This document shows, piece by piece, positions 46,292 to 56,640 of a stretch of 62,593 nucleotides of DNA (positions are counted from its first letter, which is position 1; every line of letters starts with the position of its first letter). Both the position numbers and the translations under genes were made by a program. Under the pieces are notes generated by a model. The model was not told where the DNA came from. It saw nothing but the letters and a program-made list of their open reading frames with translations, and made no database searches. The stretch is from a bacterium. GTDB taxonomy: Bacteria > Patescibacteriota > Minisyncoccia > UBA6257 > JAGOQP01. Location of the stretch: assembly GCA_021780615.1 (NCBI GenBank), contig JAJXYJ010000006.1, positions 1 through 62,593 of the forward strand, given 5' to 3'.

Positions 46292-46735
46292 TTATGAGCA
46301 GAATGCGCGTAGATCTTTTTCAATTTCCTGCGCATGTACCCGCGGATCGACTTTCTCATATATTTTTTTGATCATCCCGTCTGGATTAATCAGAAACGTA
46401 GTGCGCTTTGCGAAAAGTATCCCATCAGTGCCATAGGCGCTCATAAGAGTCTTTTGGGGATCAGCAAGAAGCATAAAGGGAAGGGCGTATTGCGTGCAAA
46501 ACTTTTTATGACTTTCAACAGGATCAGCACTTACACCAACGATTACTGCCTGCTGTTTTAACGTATCATATGCATCGCGAAATGTTTGCGCCTCAACAGT
46601 GCAACCCGATGTAAAATCTTTTGGATAAAAATAGAGCACGAGCCACGATCCTTTAAAATCTGATAGTTTTTTTATCACACCATCTTGGTTAGGTGCGGAA
46701 AAATCAGGAGCCTGACTGTCTATGGATAATTTCAT
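46292..46735 (-). CDS. bcp: thioredoxin-dependent peroxiredoxin (Bcp type)
   Basis: APDFSAPNQDG...WLVLYFYPKDFTSGCTVEAQTFRD. Start at the ATG at 46735. Confidence 0.9.
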   Translation of the reverse strand: MKLSIDSQAPDFSAPNQDGVIKKLSDFKGSWLVLYFYPKDFTSGCTVEAQTFRDAYDTLKQQAVIVGVSADPVESHKKFCTQYALPFMLLADPQKTLMSAYGTDGILFAKRTTFLINPDGMIKKIYEKVDPRVHAQEIEKDLRAFCS

Positions 46736-46778
46736 ATTCTTACAGTATATCACAGCCCCATTTGAACGAACAATCACC

Positions 46779-47795
46779 TCATAAAAGGTTTGGCTTATTG
46801 TAATAGTGACGTTCTGCACGGGTTACAATACGCGCCATAGTAGCCACTGCCTGTATTGGATATTTTCCTGATGCTGTTTCATCAGAAAGCATAACTGCAT
46901 CACTACCGTCAATAACCGCGTTTGCCACATCACTCACTTCAGCGCGAGTCGGATGCGGCATTTGTACCATGGATAAAAGCATCTGTGTGGCGGTAATGGA
47001 TCCTTTGTTGTGCCAATATGCATGACGGATGAGATTTTTTTGAATAAAGGGCACATCCTCTACCGGCACTTCCGCGCCCAAGTCCCCTCGCGCCACCATG
47101 AGCGCGTCTGATACTTGAATGATTTCATCAATATGTTTGAGGGCAAGCGCGCGCTCTATTTTTGATACAATTTTTACCTTATCACCTACCAACGATCGAA
47201 GTTTTATGACGTCGGCGGCCGATTGTACAAACGATAATGCAATATAGGTAACTCCTTGTTCCAGCGCAAACGCCACATCATCCATATCTTTTTGCGTCAT
47301 ACCGCTGGTGGTAAGTGTGGTATTGGGAACATTGACTGCTTTATGGGAAAACAGTACTCCTCCAATGCGCACTCGTGCCGTTATCTGCGTTCCCGAAACT
47401 TTGGTGACTACAAGTTCTATGGCACCATTCGCAAGATACAAGGGGTCACCTTCTTTAATGTCAGCGTGTAAATATGGATCGTCAATATGAATAATTGATT
47501 TCAATTTTGATTTTTCAGTTGAAAATATCACCATTTCATCTTCTTGTAAGAGACGCCCTTTGGGGGGCATAACTCCCACGCGCAATCGCGGACCTTGGAG
47601 GTCTTGCATAATGGCAATCTTTTTTTTCGCATGGGTGGCAATTTTTTTTAAATGTTTTACCCGATGTATATATTCATCCTGCGTGCAGTGTGAAAAATTC
47701 ATACGGGCAATATCCATACCCTCGGACACCATTGCCTCAAGAATTTTTGGATCTTCTGACGTGGGACCTATTGTAGCTATTATTTTTGTTTTCAT
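46779..47795 (-). CDS. pyk: pyruvate kinase, short form lacking the C-terminal regulatory domain
   Basis: [60 protein letters not shown]. 338 aa. Confidence 0.9.
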   Translation of the reverse strand: MKTKIIATIGPTSEDPKILEAMVSEGMDIARMNFSHCTQDEYIHRVKHLKKIATHAKKKIAIMQDLQGPRLRVGVMPPKGRLLQEDEMVIFSTEKSKLKSIIHIDDPYLHADIKEGDPLYLANGAIELVVTKVSGTQITARVRIGGVLFSHKAVNVPNTTLTTSGMTQKDMDDVAFALEQGVTYIALSFVQSAADVIKLRSLVGDKVKIVSKIERALALKHIDEIIQVSDALMVARGDLGAEVPVEDVPFIQKNLIRHAYWHNKGSITATQMLLSMVQMPHPTRAEVSDVANAVIDGSDAVMLSDETASGKYPIQAVATMARIVTRAERHYYNKPNLL

Positions 47796-47880
47796 ATATA
47801 TAATTTTTATAAAAAATGGCACCCCATAAAATATTCCGCTCAGTGCTTGAGCGGAATATAAGATGACGGTATTCTGTGTA

Positions 47881-48381
47881 TTATTTTACGTCTAACAGTT
47901 TTACGTCAAAGATGAGCGTTGCATTCGGAGGAATGGGACCTTGCCCTTGAGGGCCATATCCTAAATCGGGCGGAATAATCAATTTTCGTTCCCCTCCTAC
48001 TTTCATTCCCAGTAATCCCTCATCCCATCCAGAAATAACTTGCCCGGCACCCAATACAAATGAAAAATATGGTGGAGTGTGTTTGCTTGAGGCATCAAAT
48101 ACCGTGCCGTCCTGGAGGCTTCCGGTGTACTCAACAGTCACCGTTTTTCCCGCTTCGGCCACAGCCCCCGTTCCTTCGACGATATCAGTAATACCCAAGC
48201 CATTTTGTGCCGGTGATGATGTCGCGGCAATTTCTGGCGACGATGGTGCTTCGCTTGATGTTGATGTTGTTGTCATAGTGCTCTGAGTATGCAATGAAAC
48301 TGGATCATAGGTCAAGGCAACGTAGACGAGTGCCGCTGTGATCACAACGCCCGCAGCAATACCTGTATATATTTTCCACAT
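47881..48381 (-). CDS. membrane-anchored FKBP-type peptidyl-prolyl cis-trans isomerase
   Basis: N-terminal TM, then [18 protein letters not shown]...[36 protein letters not shown]...[10 protein letters not shown]. Confidence 0.92.
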   Translation of the reverse strand: MWKIYTGIAAGVVITAALVYVALTYDPVSLHTQSTMTTTSTSSEAPSSPEIAATSSPAQNGLGITDIVEGTGAVAEAGKTVTVEYTGSLQDGTVFDASSKHTPPYFSFVLGAGQVISGWDEGLLGMKVGGERKLIIPPDLGYGPQGQGPIPPNATLIFDVKLLDVK

Positions 48382-48492
48382 AAAATAAAAGAAAAATTAT
48401 TTTTTAATAATACGCTCTACGAAATAGTGCTGATATAGTTATAGGAACGAGGGCCATTTTATCATATATGTTTTTTTGCTACAATAGAGAAT

Positions 48493-49023
48493 ATGTATTG
48501 GTGGTGGTTTGCCCTTGCTATTGGAAGCATTCTCTTTGCACTCGCGTATGGGGTATATTTTTACATCCTCCTTCCCCATTATGCTCCGCCAAGCTACCAC
48601 GCATGGCAGGATCAATCCAATGCTCAGATAAGTATTGGATCAACCACTATCTGCGCTCGCGTTGCTCTTTCTGCTACCACACAACAAAAAGGTCTTTCGG
48701 GAGTTGCATCACTTGATGCTCATAGTGGTATGCTTTTTATATTTCCCACCGCAGGAAAATTTTCATTTTGGATGAAAGGAATGCTTATCCCGCTTGACTT
48801 CATATGGATGCGCGACGGACACATTATTGATCTTACGCCAAATGTATTGGCTCCAACATCGCTTTTTGACTTTCACATTACCACCCCTTCATCGCCCGCC
48901 GATATGGTACTTGAAGTTCCCACGGGAACGATTGCTCAAAACAATATACATATCGGAGATGATGCCATAATTACCGCCAATAGTGCCTGCGTGCCCATTA
49001 TAACTCCTAAAAAAACACCATAA
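48493..49023 (+). CDS. DUF192 domain protein
   Basis: GLSGVASLDAHSGMLFIFP...FWMKGMLIPLDFIWM. Confidence 0.75.
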   Translation: MYWWWFALAIGSILFALAYGVYFYILLPHYAPPSYHAWQDQSNAQISIGSTTICARVALSATTQQKGLSGVASLDAHSGMLFIFPTAGKFSFWMKGMLIPLDFIWMRDGHIIDLTPNVLAPTSLFDFHITTPSSPADMVLEVPTGTIAQNNIHIGDDAIITANSACVPIITPKKTP

Positions 49024-49327
49024 ACATTGTTTCTCCACAGCACAACGTGCTCCCTTATTAAAAAAGGCGCCCTCATAAGCGCACGAATGATTGCTGTTAC
49101 TACTTGCTTATAATCAACTCATTTTACCTAGCACAAGCCCCCCATGCATATGGAGAGCTTGCGGATCGTCGATGCTATCACGTACTTATCCTTTCTTATA
49201 GTGAATGTTTTTCCATGCGTCCCCCATAATAACGATGGCACCATCTATAATGTAAAGAATAAAGCTCTTTTGGCAGATTTTTTCTCATCTACCACGTGAT
49301 GTACTACACGTATATTTTTTATTTCTT

Positions 49328-50107
49328 TCATGGCGTACTGAGCGTACTCGTCGTCATAACTTGCTGTGGTAATAATGTTGGATACACCACCACACCGCTA
49401 ATTTTTCTGATAATAAATGCGCTCGTTTGATTGTTTTGGGGGTTAATTGCCCGCGCCAAAATACGATCACCAGGCACAAGATTTTTCGATCCTAAATATC
49501 TCGTTTGAGCCGTAAGGGCAATACGAACGATGCTCCCATCACTTTCTTTTACCAAAAGACTTCCTTTCTGCATTGAAACAATGGTACCCGTTATAAATCC
49601 TTGTGGCATAAAACCGCTGTGCAATGGAATAAATTCAGAGCTCAATCCGGGATACTCGTCGGCATCAAAAAATATGCGCGGCAATTCCGTTGAACTCATT
49701 AATAATACACCGCCCCCTAGCGACAAAATACCAATACCGATAAGGAGATAGCTCACCGGTTTACGATAGGCAAATTCAAAGCGGCGCATGAGTCGCTGTG
49801 CGATAAATATCAACACTAAGGTTATGGCGAATAACACCCAAGGAAATGAAGCAATAAAACTACTAATTCCTTCCATGCCAAACGCAGGTAGATCAAAAAA
49901 ACCATAGTACTCAACGATAAAAACCATAAATGACACAATAGAGAGCAGCAAAATACAAGCAAGAATAAATATGATGCTGTAGGCAATAATTTTAATCGTA
50001 AAATACAGGCGAGGCTTCATATGAATGTGCTCCTGTTCGATCCGCTCCAAAACGGTCTGTTCTGGATTATGCTGTATATTATTTTTCTCCATGGTGTTTT
50101 TTTTCAA
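49328..50107 (-). CDS. membrane protein downstream of the ECF sigma gene (possible anti-sigma factor)
   Basis: 259 aa with 4 TM segments. Overlaps the 3' end of the sigma gene by up to 29 nt. No motif, so the role is inferred from position only. Confidence 0.5.
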   Translation of the reverse strand: MKKNTMEKNNIQHNPEQTVLERIEQEHIHMKPRLYFTIKIIAYSIIFILACILLLSIVSFMVFIVEYYGFFDLPAFGMEGISSFIASFPWVLFAITLVLIFIAQRLMRRFEFAYRKPVSYLLIGIGILSLGGGVLLMSSTELPRIFFDADEYPGLSSEFIPLHSGFMPQGFITGTIVSMQKGSLLVKESDGSIVRIALTAQTRYLGSKNLVPGDRILARAINPQNNQTSAFIIRKISGVVVYPTLLPQQVMTTSTLSTP

Positions 50108-50684
50108 ATACTTCTTTCATTGCCCTGACGGCGCGATTCAGACGAACGCCTACGGTTGATACAGGAATTTTTAGCACATCAGATATTTCGTCGTATGATA
50201 ACTCTTCAAAATAACGCAATACAATTACTTCACGATACTTTATATCCAAATCTTTAAGTGATGCTTCTATTCGCCGCTGATTCTCTTTATGAAAGAAAAC
50301 ATCCTCAAGATTGTCTGAACTGAATAAAAATGGTGTTACGGTGTCAAAATCGATGCGCAACAGCTTCCGATGCGAATCACGCAATCGGTTTACAAACGCA
50401 TTGTGTGCAATACGATACAACCACGATGAAAATTTCATGGATGTATTAAAGCTACGAAGATTTTCAAATGCTTTGATGAAGATATCTTGCACCACATCCC
50501 TAATATCCTCCTGCCCATTCATAAACTTATGTCCATAGCGTGTGATTTTTACCTCATAGCGCTTGACCAATTCTGCGAATGCATTTGTGTCTCCATCTAA
50601 AACCTGCCTCACAACACTCTCATCCGTTGCTGTTTGCTCCGCTTCTGTATTAGTACACTCTTTATCAGACGATATTTCATCCAT
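50079..50684 (-). CDS. ECF-type RNA polymerase sigma factor
   Basis: Region 2 (DVVQDIFIKAFENLRSF...FSSWLYRIAHNAFVN) and region 4 (REVIVLRYFEELSYDEISDVLKIPVSTVGVRLNRA). Confidence 0.9.
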   Translation of the reverse strand: MDEISSDKECTNTEAEQTATDESVVRQVLDGDTNAFAELVKRYEVKITRYGHKFMNGQEDIRDVVQDIFIKAFENLRSFNTSMKFSSWLYRIAHNAFVNRLRDSHRKLLRIDFDTVTPFLFSSDNLEDVFFHKENQRRIEASLKDLDIKYREVIVLRYFEELSYDEISDVLKIPVSTVGVRLNRAVRAMKEVFEKKHHGEK

Positions 50685-50688
50685 ATGT

Positions 50689-51387
50689 CTAGAGGTGATG
50701 GGTTACTGCTTCATACGTTGCCACGACCGCAGCTGTTTCGGCTCGTAAAATCAATTGTCCCAATGAGTGCAGGGCGATTCCCGCTTTATGAAAATCAGCT
50801 ATTTCTGTTTGGTCCCATCCCCCCTCAGGTCCAATATAAATATGCGTGACGCTATTATTATAAAGAGGCGCCTGAGATGATCCCGAGGGGTCATAGGCAA
50901 TATGCATCCCCGGAAGATGCTCTGTGAGTACCGCGGATATTTCTTGTGGGTCTTGCATAAGGGGAACGTGCGATCGTTGTGATTGCTCCGCCGCTTCGCG
51001 GATTATTTTCTCAAGACGATCGCGCTTGAGTAACTGCTTTATGGTTCGAACGGTTATCAAAGGAACAATGCGCGCAACCCCAATTTCGGTTGCCTTTTGA
51101 ACAACCCATTCAAAATTTTCTCTTTTTAAAATCGCGCAATAGAGTACTATTTCCGGCATATCAGTATCCGCTGTTTTAATGCGATCGTGCATAGAAAACT
51201 CGGCCGTCTCCTTGATAAAAGCCTTAAGTGTTCCAGACATACACACCCCATCATACGAACATAGGATACATGAATCTCCCGGTTGCATCCGTAACACCCG
51301 TTTCATCTGATACACCATAAGTGAGTCAGTAATTACCAGTGGTGTGGCGGAAAAATCAAATGTGCCAAAAAATCTATGTTGTTTCAT
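50689..51387 (-). CDS. rsmE: 16S rRNA (uracil1498-N3)-methyltransferase
   Basis: MKQHRFF...LRMQPGD...AILKRENFEWVVQKATEIGV...IYIGPEGGW...LGQLILRAETA. Confidence 0.88.
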   Translation of the reverse strand: MKQHRFFGTFDFSATPLVITDSLMVYQMKRVLRMQPGDSCILCSYDGVCMSGTLKAFIKETAEFSMHDRIKTADTDMPEIVLYCAILKRENFEWVVQKATEIGVARIVPLITVRTIKQLLKRDRLEKIIREAAEQSQRSHVPLMQDPQEISAVLTEHLPGMHIAYDPSGSSQAPLYNNSVTHIYIGPEGGWDQTEIADFHKAGIALHSLGQLILRAETAAVVATYEAVTHHL

Positions 51388-51395
51388 ATATGGTC

Positions 51396-52127
51396 TTACA
51401 CTCTATACGCCGCTGCTTTGTCGCGATACGCGCAATAATCACAGTTCGTTGATGCACGCGGAATAGTATCTCCCTCTAGACACATCCGCGCATCATGTAA
51501 TGTTTTTTCAATCCACGCATCATCTCCCGTATAGGGAATAATGGCGATGTCAAACTCCAATTTTCCATCAAATGCCTCTTTATCCCTCTTACCATTTGCA
51601 TACACAAAATATCCCTGAGGAGAAACAGTAAATCCATTCTTTCGCAAAAGCCATTGATATATCTCCATTTGACGCTTGTATGCTTGGCGATATTCCGCAT
51701 CAAGAGTGATTTCTGTAGTGGTACTTGTTGCTTTGTAATCAACAACCATCAACTCTCCGCGAGGATTAATCCAAATATCATCAACAGCCCCCGAAATGGT
51801 CAGCTGTGTCGGCTGGTGCACATAGGTAATTCCTTTAAAATTTTCCCGCCACTCATGCATCTTTTCATGCGCAAAAGGCACCGCGTCAATCCCATACGCT
51901 TTCATGAGCGGATGTGTAGATCCTGCGGCACGGTGAATATCAAATTCGTTCTTTAAAAGAGCATCCACCGCGGAGTTGAGCGTAAAAGGAAATCCCGGAG
52001 GACGTCCCACCCCCAATCTTCGATCTAAGTAAAAACACCGAGGGCAATCAATAAATAATTCAATTTTTGATCTGCTTAATGCAAACGGTTTTCCCGGTTC
52101 AAACGTGCGCTGTTTGTAATATGCCAT
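51396..52127 (-). CDS. PD-(D/E)XK nuclease family protein with Cas4-like Cys cluster
   Basis: N-terminal CPRCFY, VVDYKAT, QMEIYQWLL, C-terminal CDYCAY. Confidence 0.7.
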   Translation of the reverse strand: MAYYKQRTFEPGKPFALSRSKIELFIDCPRCFYLDRRLGVGRPPGFPFTLNSAVDALLKNEFDIHRAAGSTHPLMKAYGIDAVPFAHEKMHEWRENFKGITYVHQPTQLTISGAVDDIWINPRGELMVVDYKATSTTTEITLDAEYRQAYKRQMEIYQWLLRKNGFTVSPQGYFVYANGKRDKEAFDGKLEFDIAIIPYTGDDAWIEKTLHDARMCLEGDTIPRASTNCDYCAYRDKAAAYRV

Positions 52128-52173
52128 ACCATCGTATTGTAGCAAGAATAGAGTAACTGCTCAATGCAAAAAT

Positions 52174-52485
52174 TCATTCATCCACTTCATCAAGAATAAT
52201 ACGCTTTTCAAATGTGCCACGATCTTTTGCCTTTTTGGTACGAATTTTTTCTACGTCCACAAACGATATGTCATGCACGTGAGCTAGTGCATGAAGCACC
52301 TCAAAAATATCGGCGAGCTCTTCGCTATTTTGTACTTGTATAAATTCATGTACTTCTTCTTGTAGTTTTTCTAAAAGCTTCCTGCGATATTCATCGTGGT
52401 CAGCAGTGTGTATAACCGTCTTTTTTCCCTGCGCGTGCACAATAGCGGGAATGCCATCACGAACAAGTTTGTTATATTTAACCAT
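52174..52485 (-). CDS. MazG-like/PRA-PH-like nucleoside triphosphate pyrophosphohydrolase
   Basis: YNKLVRDGIP...LLEKLQEEVHEF....EELADIFEVLHALA. Confidence 0.7.
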   Translation of the reverse strand: MVKYNKLVRDGIPAIVHAQGKKTVIHTADHDEYRRKLLEKLQEEVHEFIQVQNSEELADIFEVLHALAHVHDISFVDVEKIRTKKAKDRGTFEKRIILDEVDE

Positions 52486-52557
52486 AAAACATGAGCTTTT
52501 TTATACTATACCACACATACCATGTTTCGAGTATACTATACTCCATATACCATTTTC

Positions 52558-53160
52558 ATGGATGATCGCGATGAAAAACTGAAAATAATACGAGACGAAG
52601 TACTTCGCCTCACTATATCTCCACTGTACGCCTATCGTTGTGATAATAACTATGTTCCCGTTATCGGACAAGGAAACCACCACGCGGCGATTATGTTTAT
52701 TGGAGAGGCTCCGGGAAAAAATGAAGCCCAGCAGGGACGCCCTTTTTGTGGAGCGGCAGGCAAAATATTAGATCAGCTCTTGGCGTCAGTACATATCAAA
52801 CGAGAAGATGTCTATATCACCAACATTGTAAAAGATCGTCCTCCGCAAAATCGTGATCCTGAACCGGCTGAAATAAAACTGTACGGCCCCTTTTTGGACC
52901 GCCAAATAGCCATTATCCAGCCGCGCGTCATTGTTACCCTTGGACGTTTTTCCATGGTATATCTCATGAATCGATACGGTCTGGATACCCTCAAGCCAAT
53001 CGGACAACTCCATGGAACCGTGCAGAAACCACATCCCCTTGAGAACGAAACGTATGCCCCCATTATTATTCCCCTATATCATCCGGCGGCGGCACTCTAC
53101 AACGGCGTCACAAAAGAAATTTTATTTAAGGATTTTCAACAACTGCAATCGTTTATCTGA
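52558..53160 (+). CDS. uracil-DNA glycosylase, family 4
   Basis: IMFIGEAPGKNEAQQGRPFCGAAGKILD...YITNIVK.RPP.NRDP. Its 3' end overlaps the convergent tsaC by 39 nt. Confidence 0.88.
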   Translation: MDDRDEKLKIIRDEVLRLTISPLYAYRCDNNYVPVIGQGNHHAAIMFIGEAPGKNEAQQGRPFCGAAGKILDQLLASVHIKREDVYITNIVKDRPPQNRDPEPAEIKLYGPFLDRQIAIIQPRVIVTLGRFSMVYLMNRYGLDTLKPIGQLHGTVQKPHPLENETYAPIIIPLYHPAAALYNGVTKEILFKDFQQLQSFI

Positions 53161-53736
53161 CAGTGGTACCGCGCCTTCGCGCACAACACGCACACCACTC
53201 GTATCTAAACTGATAAGCGTTGAAGGGGGTGAGTGACGCTCCCCCACATCCACATAAAAATCAACATTCTCTCTAAAGTACGCGTGTGCCTCAGCAATTG
53301 TGTAGGCAGGATCATGTCCCTGCGTATTTGCACTTGGCGCAACAAGCGGTCCTGTGCGAACAAGTAGGCGCAAGAGTCCCTGATGCCGAGGCATCCGAAA
53401 TGCAATACTTTTTGTTCCTCGGTGCAGATATGTAAATTTTTTTTGGGCACAGGGAATAACAACACTTACCTTTCCCGGCCATACCGTCGACACAATTTTT
53501 TGCTCAAAAGAATGCAGATGTATGCCAAACAAAGATACATCATCAATTGAGCCAATAAGAACAATGAGCGGCTTATCACTATCTCGATGACGTACTGTAT
53601 AAATACGCTCTACTGTCTTTTTTGAAAGCGCTGATCCAACAATACCATAGAGCGTGTCAGTAGGAATGACACCAACACCTCCGTTGCATAACGTTTGGAT
53701 AACTCGTTTTGAGGCAAGGGAATGGTATGTAGTCAT
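53122..53736 (-). CDS. tsaC: L-threonylcarbamoyladenylate synthase (YrdC/Sua5 domain)
   Basis: GGVGVIPTDTLYGIVGSALSKKTVERIYTVRHRDSDKPLIVLIGS...SANTQG. Confidence 0.88.
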   Translation of the reverse strand: MTTYHSLASKRVIQTLCNGGVGVIPTDTLYGIVGSALSKKTVERIYTVRHRDSDKPLIVLIGSIDDVSLFGIHLHSFEQKIVSTVWPGKVSVVIPCAQKKFTYLHRGTKSIAFRMPRHQGLLRLLVRTGPLVAPSANTQGHDPAYTIAEAHAYFRENVDFYVDVGERHSPPSTLISLDTSGVRVVREGAVPLSDKRLQLLKILK

Positions 53737-53741
53737 AGTTG

Positions 53742-54698
53742 TTACAATGTGTGCAGGTATGCTTGAATGCACGTGGTTAATTCGTCTACAGATGTGGTTG
53801 CCATAATAGCGGCACGCAATTGCCCGGCGCCATCAAATCCGGACACATACCCATGTACGTGTTTTTTTATCATGGAAAATGTTTTTATGCCGTTAAAATA
53901 GGCATCAAATAGTTTTGCGTGCAGTAGCAATGTTTCCAATTTTTCTGCCAAGGAAACAGTTGCTGCATCCTTTGTTGCATCAAAAAACCAGGGATTGCCC
54001 AACACGCCTCTACCCACCATAATCCCGTCAACACCGGTTGCCATAATTTTATTGGCACCATCACGCATACTCTGCACATCGCCATTTCCCAAAAGAATAA
54101 CGCCCTTTTGATGCGCCGGCAACACAAAGCGAGTCAACGCGTCCCAGTGAGCCGGTACCCGAGATAATTCTTTTTTGGTGCGTGCATGGAGCGTAAGTGC
54201 CGCTGGCTTAGCATCAATGAGAGTGTTTACCCACGCATCGTCAATCGCATCAAACCCCAGACGCGTTTTTACCGACACTGGTAAACCTCGTGCTCCCGCT
54301 TGCGTAGCGGCAATAATTTCACGCGCGCGTACGGCATCGCGACATAATCCAATTCCTCCGCCGCTGGCAATAACTTTTCTATCAGGACACCCCATATTAA
54401 TATCAATCCCATCAAAACCAAGCGCGGCCATCATCTGTGCCGCGGTATGAAATTTTTCCGGATCACTGCCCCATATCTGCGCGATTAAGGGGCGCTCAAT
54501 GGCATCAAAACGCAAATAATAACGAATAATACGATCATGGGCTTCCGCGTGACACAATCCGTCAACGGATACAAACTCGCTAAACATCACCGATGGTTTT
54601 GCGATACGCGCAAGAAGCTGCCGAAAAGCAGTGTCGGTTACCTCGTGCATAGGAGCAAGGGCATATATTGGTTTTGGTAATGCATCCCAGGAAAACAT
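53742..54698 (-). CDS. tRNA-dihydrouridine synthase
   Basis: LAPMHEVTDTAFRQL, DINMGCP, GRGVLGNPWFF. Confidence 0.9.
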   Translation of the reverse strand: MFSWDALPKPIYALAPMHEVTDTAFRQLLARIAKPSVMFSEFVSVDGLCHAEAHDRIIRYYLRFDAIERPLIAQIWGSDPEKFHTAAQMMAALGFDGIDINMGCPDRKVIASGGGIGLCRDAVRAREIIAATQAGARGLPVSVKTRLGFDAIDDAWVNTLIDAKPAALTLHARTKKELSRVPAHWDALTRFVLPAHQKGVILLGNGDVQSMRDGANKIMATGVDGIMVGRGVLGNPWFFDATKDAATVSLAEKLETLLLHAKLFDAYFNGIKTFSMIKKHVHGYVSGFDGAGQLRAAIMATTSVDELTTCIQAYLHTL

Positions 54699-54814
54699 AG
54701 GTGCTCCTTATTGTTTGTTTGGTTGTACCATACATGAACGCATTCGACAATGGATCAATGAGGTTATTGCTAAATACTTTTATGCTGTTGTATAGTAATG
54801 TGTATTATCTGACT

Positions 54815-56233
54815 ATGCATACACTTAATCAATACTTCTCTCGACTACATCCATGGCACAAGGACGCACTCCTCATTTTTCTGCTTATTATTCTGGCAAC
54901 TGCCACTCGATTTTTTTTGTTTGGCTACCCAAAACAAATTGTTTTTGATGAAGTCTATTTTGCGCAATTTGTGAGTCACTATTTCGATCACAGTTATTAC
55001 TTTGACATCCATCCGCCATTAGCAAAACTCATCATGGCAGGCATCGCCTCTCTTGTAGGAAAGCATCCCTCAATCACCTTTCAATACACCGCCGATGGAA
55101 CTCCCTACACAGATAATTTCTATGCATTACTTCGCGGTATTGTATCGGTGTTTGGAGTTTTCTTACCACTCGTACTCTATGCTTTTTTAAAAAAACTTTT
55201 TAAAAATCGATGGATTGCGTTCATTGCCGGTTTACTGGTTATTTTTGATAACGCACTTTTGGCGCAGTCGCGGTTCGTCCTCACTGATATATTTCTTCTC
55301 GTTTTTGGCATTGCGGGGTTATGGGGCATTCTTGCATACCGCGAAGCAGAGCCACACACACGAAAACGTATAAGCGCGTTTATCCTGGGAAGTTTAGGGC
55401 TTGCGGCGGCAGTCTCGGTTAAATGGACCGGTCTTGTGTTTTCTGGTGTTGCCGGCTACATATTTCTCTATGATGCCATCGTGCAAAAGAATTGGAAGAT
55501 GTTTTTTAAAAGAATAGTTGGATTAGGAGCTATTATTTTTGTTGTCTATGCATCCATTATGACATACAACCTTTCGCTCCTTCCCTATAGCGGTCCCGGG
55601 GATGATTTTATGACTCCTGCATTTCAAAAAACACTCATCGGAACAGCGGCTTCACTTAATCCAGCGATACATCCCCTCTCACTGCCGGAAAAACTCATCG
55701 AATTAAACAAAGAAATGTATACCGCCAGTAGCGGCATTACCGCCACACACCCGTACGGATCAAAATGGTATACGTGGCCTTTTATGGTCCGCCCTATCTA
55801 CCTGTGGAATGAACAGTTTACCACCGATATCATGGCCAGAATTTATTTACTGGGTAATCCGGCAATATGGTGGCTTGGAGCGCTTGCCATGACGATACTA
55901 AGCGTATGGGTACTGGGCACGCTCTTTAAGAAAAAGAAACATGACACATTTTTTGCGACATCAATATTGGTTGTGGGATTTTGGGGCAATTTGTTGCCAT
56001 ACATTTTTATTACGCGAGTCGCCTTCCTCTACCACTATTTTCCATCGCTTCTTATGGCTATCAGCGCACTTGCATTCCTCATATGGCACAGTCTTAAAAA
56101 ATTTCCCGTTCTTATTGTGGCACTCCTTGCCATTATTACCTTTCTCTTTTTCTATTTTGCACCACTTTCCTACGGTATCCCTCTTGAGATGCACACGTAC
56201 CTGCATTTAGTATGGTTCCCTTCGTGGGAATAA
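54815..56233 (+). CDS. dolichyl-phosphate-mannose--protein mannosyltransferase-like (GT39/PMT) glycosyltransferase
   Basis: Multi-TM. YPKQIVFDEVYFAQFVSHYFDHSYYFDIHPPLAKL is the PMT loop-1 DE motif region. Start uncertain (ATG at 54815 preferred over GTG at 54701). Confidence 0.8.
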   Translation: MHTLNQYFSRLHPWHKDALLIFLLIILATATRFFLFGYPKQIVFDEVYFAQFVSHYFDHSYYFDIHPPLAKLIMAGIASLVGKHPSITFQYTADGTPYTDNFYALLRGIVSVFGVFLPLVLYAFLKKLFKNRWIAFIAGLLVIFDNALLAQSRFVLTDIFLLVFGIAGLWGILAYREAEPHTRKRISAFILGSLGLAAAVSVKWTGLVFSGVAGYIFLYDAIVQKNWKMFFKRIVGLGAIIFVVYASIMTYNLSLLPYSGPGDDFMTPAFQKTLIGTAASLNPAIHPLSLPEKLIELNKEMYTASSGITATHPYGSKWYTWPFMVRPIYLWNEQFTTDIMARIYLLGNPAIWWLGALAMTILSVWVLGTLFKKKKHDTFFATSILVVGFWGNLLPYIFITRVAFLYHYFPSLLMAISALAFLIWHSLKKFPVLIVALLAIITFLFFYFAPLSYGIPLEMHTYLHLVWFPSWE

Positions 56234-56327
56234 ATCAGTTATCAAGTTGTAAAGTTAAAAGTTGAAAACAGGAAGCCCAAAGCCCATATTGTCTTCTGAT
56301 TTTTACTTTATGACTTTATAACTCAAT

Positions 56328-56525
56328 CTAGAAGTTCACGCTACTCCCCAATGACCCCATAAATGCGGGAATAACAAAGATAAGGGCGATAAGTGGAAGA
56401 ACAAAAAATACCAGCGTCAGCACGAACGTCCAATACATATATTTACGGATACGCTCAACCGATTTAAAGACCGCATCTATTTTTTGCTCCTGAGTGGCAA
56501 ATCGTTTTTCTAATTCAGAATCCAT
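56328..56525 (-). CDS. hypothetical small membrane protein
   Basis: 65 aa with one long hydrophobic segment. Confidence 0.4.
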   Translation of the reverse strand: MDSELEKRFATQEQKIDAVFKSVERIRKYMYWTFVLTLVFFVLPLIALIFVIPAFMGSLGSSVNF

Positions 56526-56640
56526 ATAAGGAAAGTATAACAGAGAAACAATAATTTACAATTCACCGTCTACCATATAAAAATAAATAAAAAAACCGCC
56601 CTGCAAGAAGGGTGGTTTTGTATATCTATTTCAAGAAAGA

